Source: Histomonas meleagridis 2922-C6/04-290x (lineage: Eukaryota; Protista; Parabasalia). From it: a stretch of DNA of 64,000 bases. This document shows positions 46,967 through 56,987 of this stretch, one piece after another. A program made the translations under genes and the position numbers. Each line of letters starts with the position of its first letter. The first letter of the stretch is position 1. The notes under the pieces are model-generated. The model saw only the letters and a program-made list of their open reading frames with translations, did not search any database and had not been told where the DNA came from. The DNA lies in NCBI GenBank assembly GCA_020184695.1, contig JAANOX010000243.1:434001-498000 (forward strand), given 5' to 3'.

Positions 46967-48294
46967 ATGGAACTGACGACTGCTGTCGATGAAATCACGC
47001 AGTCTCTTGGTTGTATGCCTATTGTCCCCCATGAAAAAGTAAGTGATTTTGCCTACGAAATTATTGGCACTTTCATTACTCCAATCATCGAAATTGCAAA
47101 TCGAATTCGTCAACACAACTTCCGTTCAAACCTCAGAATAACAGACATTAATGACGCCCTCGCATCACGTCGTATGGATCCTTTAATAGGGTATCATTCA
47201 ATAAATCAGGTTTATGATTATGTACCCCTTCAAGAAGATGAATCAATTTATGTATGCGATGAACCACAGATTCCGTTGCAAACATATTTGCATCGGCGGC
47301 TACCTGAATATCCCCATGAAAAACTTTTTAAATTTCATTGGCTTTGCATCCAAGGGATCCAACCCAAACTCGAAGAGAATCAAAAGTATGTTTTTTTGCT
47401 ATTCCTTTTTTATTATTTCAAGGAATAGCAAATTATTAAATTCTAACACATAGTGATAACAACGAAATTCCAAACATATTAATAGAGCCACCACCTCAAG
47501 CAGCAGCACTTGACCAAAGCATTCTTTTGTTAGGTGTTAATAATCAAATTCCGACCAATCTCAAAGATTTCTTTGATAGTCTTATGTACAGTAGCCAAAA
47601 CTCCAACGCTAGCTATCAAACACTCCGTAGCTCTGCCGCCATACAACCACTTGTACCATTTTTTCTCCAACTCATTCCGAATTGTTCATTATATGGTCAA
47701 CAACGCCGAATGTTATTTTACTGTAAATTGCTTTTTTTAAACCCAAGCTTAAACATGGAGCCTTACATTGAACATTTAATCTCATTTTCATTATCAATAT
47801 TATTAACAGAAACATTTAATTCGGCAAATGACGGCGAAGATCCAACAGCGTTCAGGGAGGAGTCAGCGGATTTCTTATCATTGATAGTTGCCAGGTATGA
47901 CCAAACATATCCACATTTAAAAATCAAATTATTACAAGACTTAAAAAACACGTTTTTTAGTCCTAAGTCACATAGAAACGCACAATATGGTGCACTCCTC
48001 GGGATGCAGGCACTCGGCAACGAGCTCATAACAGAGTTCCTGCTTCCGGACTTGCCGCCTTTTCTCGAAGCGCTGCAAATTGAATTGAATTCGATCGATG
48101 GAATTGTGAGAGAAAAGGCGGTTAGATTGAATGGTTTACTGTTCAGAATTTGCGCAATGTGTTTACACGCTGAAACATCAATGCATAAAGAGGGTGAACA
48201 ACCATCGCTATCAAAGGAAAAGGAAATAATGTTCGAGAGACTGGTGGCTTTCTTCGATTATTCACAGATGCTTTCGTTCGTGTCTGCTAATTAG
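46967..48294 (+). CDS. TAF6: TFIID subunit TAF6, two exons (46967-47385, 47454-48294), 419 aa
   Basis: Histone fold (DINDAL..R.MDPLIGY), HWLCIQGIQP, IQPLVPFF, NPSLNMEPY, QYGALLG; splicing joins the two ORFs in frame. Confidence 0.92.
47386..47453 (+). other. 68-nt canonical spliceosomal intron, phase 2
   Basis: 5' GTATGT; 3' TTCTAACACATAG (branch point fused to 3' splice site); contains an in-frame stop; removal restores the frame. Confidence 0.92.
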
Positions 48295-48628
48295 TTTGTT
48301 TTATTAATAATAATAAAATTTGTAAACTCATAAAATTTATTTTTGTTTCGTGTAATACTTCTGCACTGTGATGTTTTCGTTTTGTTTTAAATGTGAAAAA
48401 TCGATGTTTCAAACGTAAAACGAAATGAATTCATAACCGCTCCGATATGTATCGTTTGCTAAAGAATTTTCTATGTAACATAATGAGACATTTCTTCATG
48501 TTGAAGTTGCATTAAGCAAAAAATATAAATTATTCTTATTGGCAAAGAAAACCTGACCTTTTTTGAAGTGAACAGTAACTTAAGTTTCATATTTATGTTT
48601 ATTTAGACAATTTAAAATATATGAGAAG

Positions 48629-50584
48629 TTATTGTGTTGGTGTCGCGCCTAAAAACAAATTAAATGAATTGTTGAATAGATTTAATTCGTTTTTAATTAT
48701 TTTCATTCTAAATATATTTTCATCTTTTTCCACACTTAGCACATCTCTTCCGTTTAATATCTGTTTTGCCTCCAACAAATACTTCTTTTTCCTCATGAAA
48801 GCATTTGTTGAATATAATGCGTACAGCGCCAAAGTTTCATGATTGTTCAGAAATAGTATTACAATTCTCGAAAACTCGTTCACTGTTTCCATTAATTTCA
48901 TTCCCGTTCTTGTTGTGCATGGGAATTTTTCCGCATTCATTTCGAACTTATATGAGTTATTAAATGAGACAGCGAACTTTAAGAATAGTTTCATCGAAAG
49001 CGGCGCGCCAGAAGTCATGAAATTACAATATTCGCTATCGCCTCTTTCGCATAATTTTTCACTGATTTCCAATAAAATGTTATCTTTCCCAATTAAACTT
49101 AACATATCATGCATTTCATTTTCCATTTCTTCGTCAAACTTTTCAAATAATTTATTAATCTCTGGGATATAAGCAATCGCTGCACCAAATATTCGAATTG
49201 TATAAAATTCTCGTTTTGGGCTTTCAATTAAATTGAATAGAATTGAAAAGTCGTTGCGGTAAACTTTTTCAATGTACGCCTTCAGAAATTTCAATGTGTA
49301 ATTGCATGTCGGTTCTATTGAAATTTCAAAGGATTCGTTTTTGTACATCGAAAGAGTTTTATCTTTTGCGTTATCAGCGAATTTATAATGTTTATAAGCA
49401 GCGTTTACGGAATTCCTTCCAGCAAAGAACTCCATGTATTTAGGCATAGCCACAACGAATTTCATCAAAGTATTATAAAAATAATCGGCAACGATTGGCG
49501 CGCAATTTTCGTAATTTTTCTTCATTTCTTTTAACAACTTATTTGCCCTTTTATCGAAGATCATTTTGACGGATCTCCTAAGATAAAAAGGGAATCGATT
49601 ATACTCGAAATATTGATGCGTAGATAATAATGAATAAGCTAATTTCAAGTTTTCCATTTCGACGTGATAAGTCGGAACTTTCGATGTGTCCAAAAAATAT
49701 TGCTCGATTAAGCCCACGAGTTTTTCGTCTCGGTTATTCTCGTTTCCACTTTCTGATCCAACGTACAATGATACGTATTCGGAGTTCAAAATCGATGAGT
49801 CGAAAACATTACTCTGTAATTCGGACTCGCGATATATGTATGACTTAGTGAACGATTTCGGAGGGTTCAGTGGCTTCCTGATCGTGTACCGAGGCAACGC
49901 CCGTTCGCGAGGTATCTTTTGAGTGTTTATGAACTCGGGAATGCGCATTGAGATGATGTTGAGAAATGTGGCTTTAGTGACAACTGCGTTATTTGGAGGG
50001 CTTTGGAAGTCATATAGAACGGCAGAGCGTGTTTCTTCTGATGAGTCTTCATACATTTGATCGAGTTGTGCACGTGGGAAAATTTGTGAGATGAATGGAA
50101 TTGCAGAATAATTACGACCAACAATGTTCATAATAGATAAATATATTCGGCGCTGTAATGAAAGCGATTCATTGGATAACTTGAAATATGATAAAAAACA
50201 TTGGAATTGTGGAACTCGAAGTTTATCTGACAATTTAGATAATGTACGCTGAATTGGAGTAGATTTTTGAAGATTTGGGAAATACTGTGATAAGTTGGTG
50301 TTACTGTGCATAAAATCATGGGCCATTTTATGTAATGAACGATTGCTTGATAATGGTAAAAACGGTGTAATACGTAGATGATTTTTGGTAATTTGACGTT
50401 GGCTAAGAAAAGGATTGCATGAAGAAGCTGAATTATCATTAGAATGAAAATGTTTATATGAATTTGATTTAATGTAAATATCTAATTTAATTTTTTCTTT
50501 GTCAGCACCACTACACTTTACCCTTTCAAATAGAAAAGGTTTATAAGAATTAATATTTGTGGAAGAATCTTCTTGATTTTCCAT
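48629..50584 (-). CDS. Hypothetical protein, 651 aa
   Basis: Long uninterrupted ORF with ATG; no family recognised. Confidence 0.7.
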   Translation of the reverse strand: MENQEDSSTNINSYKPFLFERVKCSGADKEKIKLDIYIKSNSYKHFHSNDNSASSCNPFLSQRQITKNHLRITPFLPLSSNRSLHKMAHDFMHSNTNLSQYFPNLQKSTPIQRTLSKLSDKLRVPQFQCFLSYFKLSNESLSLQRRIYLSIMNIVGRNYSAIPFISQIFPRAQLDQMYEDSSEETRSAVLYDFQSPPNNAVVTKATFLNIISMRIPEFINTQKIPRERALPRYTIRKPLNPPKSFTKSYIYRESELQSNVFDSSILNSEYVSLYVGSESGNENNRDEKLVGLIEQYFLDTSKVPTYHVEMENLKLAYSLLSTHQYFEYNRFPFYLRRSVKMIFDKRANKLLKEMKKNYENCAPIVADYFYNTLMKFVVAMPKYMEFFAGRNSVNAAYKHYKFADNAKDKTLSMYKNESFEISIEPTCNYTLKFLKAYIEKVYRNDFSILFNLIESPKREFYTIRIFGAAIAYIPEINKLFEKFDEEMENEMHDMLSLIGKDNILLEISEKLCERGDSEYCNFMTSGAPLSMKLFLKFAVSFNNSYKFEMNAEKFPCTTRTGMKLMETVNEFSRIVILFLNNHETLALYALYSTNAFMRKKKYLLEAKQILNGRDVLSVEKDENIFRMKIIKNELNLFNNSFNLFLGATPTQ

Positions 50585-51077
50585 GTTTAATTAAAAATTC
50601 TCCAAAATTAAAAATGGCCACTTTTAATTCAAATAATAAGCATAAAAAAAATTTAGATAACATGATGAAATAAATTAAAAGGATATGTTTTAATCAAGTT
50701 CTATAATAATATTATTAATGTATCATGTTTTCATAAGACGCACACTTGTATTACAAAAATTATTTGTATTCTTTTTATTAATCTTTTGTAAAATAATCTT
50801 AAATATTATACAAGTCATAGATAATTTTCTTCCATATTATTCTATGATAATGGAATGTATTTTATAAAAATATTTCAGTAAACATTTTATTAATAATATT
50901 TGACTTTATTTTAAGGTTTTACACGAACAAATTACAATATATTGATAAATGATTTGTAAAAAAACTTCAATATAAATTTTAAAAAATTTAAAACTTTAAT
51001 CAAAAATAAAAACAAAAATATTTATGTATATAAAACATTTAAAAAAAATATCATATATTGTAACATACAAACAATTT

Positions 51078-51779
51078 TTATAACAACAAGTTATCATAGA
51101 ACTCTGGTAGATATTTTGTACCCTTTTTAGGCTTTTTAACATATGGAATTTCGCTTTCAGAAATTTCACTGTAGCAATAAGAAGACGATTCTTCACTATC
51201 ATAATCAGGTGATGAGCTTTCTTCTGATGCATAATTAACAATATCTGTTTTATTGGCAGTTTTTATTACAGGAATCGAATGTGATGTATGATCTGTTCGT
51301 TGGATTTTTCGAATTGGAGATAACTGAAGTTTTCGATTCATTATAGTGGCCATAATTGTTGGGCGCAATGAAAGTTGAAAGTTTGTGGGATTTTCGCTAT
51401 TGACTGTTGATATCAAAAATTGTTGAAGATCAGATAAAAGAAAAATTCCATCAGACGTTGGCAACATTTGTTGAATTTTCTTTATTGTACTATTTGAAGT
51501 AATACCAATAGTCTGTAAAATGTTTTTAAGTTGTGATAAGTTCAATTCTTTATTGGTTCCTGTTAAAAATTTTATTGTTTCTTCGTTCCTTGTTTTTGAA
51601 ACATCTTGTGTCCACGAAGACTTTGTAATTCTTATTTGTTTTGACTTTGTTTTAAAACATGTGATATTTTCTTGGGATCTTATTGCATATTTTTGGTATG
51701 CTACTTTGCTTTGTAATTTAGGAGAAGAATTATTTTTATTCCATTTCGATTTAGAACTGGAAACATTGCATTCTTCCAT
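51078..51779 (-). CDS. Hypothetical protein with possible degenerate EF-hand-like pair
   Basis: ORF with ATG; LNLSQLKNILQTIG and DGIFLLSDLQQFL segments. Confidence 0.5.
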   Translation of the reverse strand: MEECNVSSSKSKWNKNNSSPKLQSKVAYQKYAIRSQENITCFKTKSKQIRITKSSWTQDVSKTRNEETIKFLTGTNKELNLSQLKNILQTIGITSNSTIKKIQQMLPTSDGIFLLSDLQQFLISTVNSENPTNFQLSLRPTIMATIMNRKLQLSPIRKIQRTDHTSHSIPVIKTANKTDIVNYASEESSSPDYDSEESSSYCYSEISESEIPYVKKPKKGTKYLPEFYDNLLL

Positions 51780-52374
51780 TCTCTTCTGCCGGTTTAAAAT
51801 GTACGTTAATTTACTGGTCAGGTGATTTATCGTTTTTAAACGGTCTTTTATCTTGGGAAAAAATACAATATTTAAATAAAAAGAAAATTAAGACATTTTT
51901 TATTTAACATGTTGCCTCTTGTTTATGGAGCTTGAACAAGTTGTTTTTGAATTCAATTTAACATTGCTATCCGAATACGAGTCTGATGTTAAATCATCAA
52001 GCTAACAAAGGTAATGATTTTAATTTTTGTGTGTAACACAACAGAGTAAAACGAAATAAGAAATGGTATTTTACATGAAGTCATTTTTGGAAAATTATGA
52101 GATACGTATCAAATAATTTTGCATCCACAGATTGCACGATTTTTACTAAAGTTCTTTTTAGGAACATGTGGTGGAAATAAGAAATTTGATTAAGTGGTAT
52201 GTTGAGATACAGTGTTTAAATGTTTGAAATTAAAAATTAATAATAAATGTAATCATATTATAATTAGTTTGTGATATGTACATGAGAAATGTTTCTGAAC
52301 AAGTTATTTTATTTGCATAAATTGAGCATTTTTTTGACTTTTTTTAATTTGGTCGAACCCATAGAATTTGATAA

Positions 52375-53751
52375 ATGTTTTTTATCTTGCTTTCTTTAGC
52401 TTGTTCCAAAACAACACAAGCAAGCACAGCCAACTTTGAAAAGCTTGTAAAGAACAACCCAATTACGTTTGTTTTATTTACTTCAAAACATTGTACTCAA
52501 TGCAATCGAATTTTAACTGCATTAGACGAAATATCTTTAAAGTATCAAGGAGCAGTAGGAACATTGTCTGTAGATATTATTTCATCAAAAAAGGTTGCTG
52601 AAAAATATAAAATAAATTATGCTCCAACAATTGCAATCTTTCGAATGGGACAACTTCGATCATTTTATTATGGAGGCTGGACGTCATCTGCAATTTCAAA
52701 TTTGTGTGAAGAACTTTTTTCAAGTGACGTCACTTATTTAAATACAACATTTGACGTTTTTGATTTTCAACATAAAAAAAAGCCAACCCTCATTCTCAAG
52801 TCACAAGAAATTGCCGATGAACATATGGATCTCATAGACAATTTTGGAGGACTTCTTGATATTGGAATAATTTCAGATCCATCAGTTGTTGAAAAACTTG
52901 ACTTTCCCACAGCCACGTTAACTAACTATGAAAGTTGGCTCTTTAAAAACCTTACAACTATCAATTCCACAGAAATCTCAAATCTTCTTATTTCACCATA
53001 TCAACATATTCATACCACAGACCAAATAGGCCTTACACCTACCACATGTACATTAATTGCTTTAATTGATGATCGTGATCCAATGCATCTTATGGAGATT
53101 AGTCGTGTCTTTAATTATGTCCAAAAGACATTTGGAACCAATTTAACGTTTCAATTTTGTGATTTCTTCCGTTGTACGCATACAGTATCACAACTCAAAA
53201 TCACAAGCATTAAATCGCCAGTTTTTGCATTACATAACAAAGCCAAACGAATCAAACTGGAATCCTATCATAACGAGAACAAACCTGAATCAGTTCTTAC
53301 GTGGCTTAAATTACGAATTTTAGGTGAGCGACCAAATAAGAACACAAACAATTCAATTGAAAAACTGAAATCAACCGATTTTGTCAAAACCGTCACCGAT
53401 CCGAATACAGACACAATTATTTTATTAGGTAATCCTTCAATGCCTAAATATGACATATCATTAAGTAACACAAAAATTTTGATGGAACTATTGGGCGAAT
53501 TTAACCAAATAAAATTTTACGAATTCGATCCGAAGAATCAACAAGTTTCAGGAGTGAGTTTGCCAAACAATAAAATGCCAATGTTCTCCGTTTGGCCTGC
53601 TTCTGCAACACCACAGGGCTATGCAATGGAAGCGCATAACCCAATACAAATGGTGATACAACAGATTTTAAGCGTAATTAAAACGCCAATTCCTGATGAT
53701 AGAATACAAGAAATGGCTGAAAGATTACAGGAAATATTATCAAAACAATAA
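52375..53751 (+). CDS. Secreted thioredoxin-fold / PDI-like protein
   Basis: Signal peptide MFFILLSLACS, FVLFT.KHCTQC (CxxC), YAPTIAIF, further Trx-like domains; no KDEL-type tail. Confidence 0.75.
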   Translation: MFFILLSLACSKTTQASTANFEKLVKNNPITFVLFTSKHCTQCNRILTALDEISLKYQGAVGTLSVDIISSKKVAEKYKINYAPTIAIFRMGQLRSFYYGGWTSSAISNLCEELFSSDVTYLNTTFDVFDFQHKKKPTLILKSQEIADEHMDLIDNFGGLLDIGIISDPSVVEKLDFPTATLTNYESWLFKNLTTINSTEISNLLISPYQHIHTTDQIGLTPTTCTLIALIDDRDPMHLMEISRVFNYVQKTFGTNLTFQFCDFFRCTHTVSQLKITSIKSPVFALHNKAKRIKLESYHNENKPESVLTWLKLRILGERPNKNTNNSIEKLKSTDFVKTVTDPNTDTIILLGNPSMPKYDISLSNTKILMELLGEFNQIKFYEFDPKNQQVSGVSLPNNKMPMFSVWPASATPQGYAMEAHNPIQMVIQQILSVIKTPIPDDRIQEMAERLQEILSKQ

Positions 53752-53846
53752 AACGATCTTCTTTAAAAAATATTTTTTATTGTTGAATATTTTATGTGCA
53801 TATTATTTTGTAGAATTATTATTTACATTAAATGAAATAATTCGTT

Positions 53847-56511
53847 TTAACTTTCGAGCTTAGAACGAATTAAATCTTTTATGGGATTTTGTGATGCAAA
53901 ATGAAGTGCTGTATAAAATTGTTTCAATAATTTCCAAATTTTGCTGAGAAATCCAATGCCAGAAAATGAAATTTCAAATAAAACATATAAAAATTTTTAA
54001 TATTAATGTCAATATCTTTTTGCTCTAGAAGTAATTTAACTATTTCTGTGTGATTACTTTTACATGCTTCCATAAGTGCTGTAATAATTCAGATGAATAA
54101 ACCCCAAATATCATATTAAAATATAATATTATTAAAATAAATATAAAATGAAATAAAAAAAAGGTCTGCGCATTAATATCAATACTTTCATGTTGAAGAA
54201 GTAATTTAACTATCGAAGTAAATCCATTTTTAGATGCTAAAATAAGTGCTGTTTTAAATAATTCAAATAATTTCCAAATATTATTTTGGAATATCATATT
54301 ATTAAAATAAATAAAAAATATGATAAATAAATATTTTTACTATTAATATCAATTCCTCCTTGATCAAGAAGCAATTTAACGATATTTATGTAACCATTTT
54401 CAGATGCAATCATAAGTGATGTTTTAAATAATTTTAATAATTTCCATATATTATTTTGAAATACCAAATTATTAAAATGAACATTACTAAAAAATAAAGA
54501 ACATTTTTAATATTGATATCAATTTTTTCTTGCTCTAGTAGCAATTTGACAATATTGATATAACCAAATCTAGATGCAAATATAAGTGCAGTCCAAAATA
54601 ATTTAATTAATTATTAAATAATTTTATGAAAATATATGTCATCAAAATAAATGTTATTTTGAGCATTAACATCAATTTCTTTATGTTCAAGAAGCAATTT
54701 AACTATTTCTGTATGACCATTTTCAGATGATTTCATAAGTGCTGTATTAAATAATATAAATAATTTCCAAATATTATTTTGACATATTAAATTGTTAAAA
54801 TAAATTTTAAATAAAACAAAAAAATATCTTTAGCATTAATATCAATTCCTTCTTGTTCAAGAAGTATTTTAACTATATCTATGTGACCATTTGAAGATAC
54901 TAAAATAAGTGCAGTTTCAAATATTTTAAACAATTTCCAAATGTTATTTTGAAATATAAAATTATTAAAATAAATATCAAATAAAAAAAATCAATATTTT
55001 TAGCATTAATATCAATTCCTTCTTGTTCAAGAAGTAATTTAACTATTTCTGTATGACCATTATCAGATGCTCTAATAAGTGCTGTCCAAAATAATTTAAA
55101 TAATTCCCAAATATTATTTTGAAATATTAAATTATAAAAATAAATTTTATTTAAAACAAATAAATAGATTTAGCATTAACATCAATTCCTTCTTGATCAA
55201 GAAGCAATTTAACAATTTCTGTATAACCTTTTTCAGATGCAATCATAAGTGCTGTGTTAAATAATTTATATAATTTCCAAATATTATTTAGCAATATATA
55301 ATCAGAAAAATAAATTTCATAGGAACCAAAAAAATGATTTTAAAATTAATATCAATTATTTTCTGTTCTAAAATATAGATGACAAGTTCATTGTTCCCTC
55401 CCTTTATAGAGGACATCAATATATCATTTGGAATTCGTTTATTTTCTACAAAATATTTGATAAGAAATACATTTCCATTTCTTGCTATTTCATTAATAAT
55501 ATTAATTTCATTAATATTCATCCCTTCTTTCAATAAAAATGCAAATGCATCATAATTTTGATATAAAATACAATTTAATCCTAATTCTTCTAAATTAATA
55601 TTCTTATTGGTTTTGTTTTCATAAAGATATTTAAAGATATCATTTTGATGAAATGCAATTGCAGTTTCATATGAATCTTCGAATGATGAATGATTCTTCT
55701 CACATAAATGAAGGATTTCTTCATTTCCACTTGCAACTGCATATTTAGCTGCATTAAATGCATTTGCACCATTCATAAGTAAATATTTAAAACATTTGAT
55801 TGAAGAAAAAAATGCTGCATATTCAATTAATGTAACCCAATTATTAACAAATGAACATCTTTCATAAAGTGATGGTTCTATTGTTTGATTAAAATCAAAA
55901 TTTTCTTGTGATGTTGTTTCTTGAAGTTTTTCTATTTCATCATTTCGAATTACTTTTGCAATTTCATTTGGGTTATGTCCTTCTTCAATAAATTCTTTAT
56001 GAAGTTTCCAATTATCTGCTTTAAGTTTATTAATATTTTTGTGAATATATTTCATAAAATTATTTGTTTGATTTCTTCTAATTTCTTTGTTTGTCATGTA
56101 ATGAGCAAAATACGGATTGTTTTCATTTTTAACGATTGATGGTTCAAAATAATTATATTTGATCATATGATAAATAATATAATTTGATTCTTGTGTACAT
56201 TTTTGAAGAAGAAATGTTTTATTTATGTTAAAAATATTCAATGTAATCCCATTGTTTTCTTCAAATATTTTTATTTTATTAATAAATTTAAAATATAATG
56301 AAAAATCTTCGATCTTATTAACAAATAATCGATATATCAACTGAATAATAATTATATTAAATGATAATGGATAATTTTTATCAAAAATTTCAATTATTTC
56401 TTTTACTGTTTGATCAATATTTTCTTGATTTAACCCGAAAATTGTCTTTTGAACCATTTGAAGTTTTTCTAACTCATTATCGATTTTTTTATTTGAATTC
56501 GTCGATTCCAT
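53847..56511 (-). CDS. DUF3447-ankyrin repeat protein: 407-aa 5' ORF followed by 8 full ankyrin modules and a terminal capping module, each preceded by a non-canonical spacer
   Basis: DUF3447 motifs (TLIEYAAFFSSIKCFKYL, AIAFHQNDIFKYL); modules at 55169-55255, 54999-55085, 54829-54915, 54659-54745, 54506-54592, 54336-54422, 54166-54252, 53996-54082; cap TALHFASQNPIKDLIRSKLES* at 53847-53912. The joined product is inferred. Confidence 0.7.
53913..55338 (-). repeat. About 170-bp tandem array: 87-nt ankyrin module + 83-nt AT-rich spacer
   Basis: Nine spacers: eight of 83 nt and one of 66 nt (54593-54658). Confidence 0.95.
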
Positions 56512-56527
56512 TTTGATCTGATTTTAA

Positions 56528-56547
56528 AGTGAGGGATAAAAACGGTT
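56528..56547 (-). promoter_or_regulatory. M3 element (AACCGTTT) plus Inr (TCACT) core promoter
   Basis: Correct order and orientation; the Inr ends 16 nt upstream of ATG 56511. Confidence 0.55.
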
Positions 56548-56987
56548 ATGACCAATTTCCACAGAGAGGTACCTTCATTAGGAATATTCCCTAGCACAAG
56601 AATTTTATCTTTATTATATCATACTTTTTTATGCAATATGCAAATCTTTCACAAGGACTTCAAAACTTTTTATACTTTTGTTAAACCTTTTCACCAATAT
56701 GCTATAAATTTAGTTTGTATATATTTTTTTTTGTTTTGTAAGTAATATAACTTTATTACATACATATGCTTAAACTCTTACTCCAATCATCAATATACAT
56801 TAGGTTCTGCATCTTTTCCTTTTTGATAATTTTAGAGAATTGCTTTAGTTCTCATAAATGTTAATATGATAAACGTTGAGTTTATCCACAAAACGAATTC
56901 TATTTTTATTATATTAAAAAATAATTAAAAAATTTAAACGAATTTCCTTTAATAATAATACAGAACAAACGAGTAAAAAATCGAATG

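Noticed and set aside
52011-52044. Possible intron-like GTAATG...GTAACACAACAG
   Set aside because: Branch point deviates from CTAAC and there are no flanking exons
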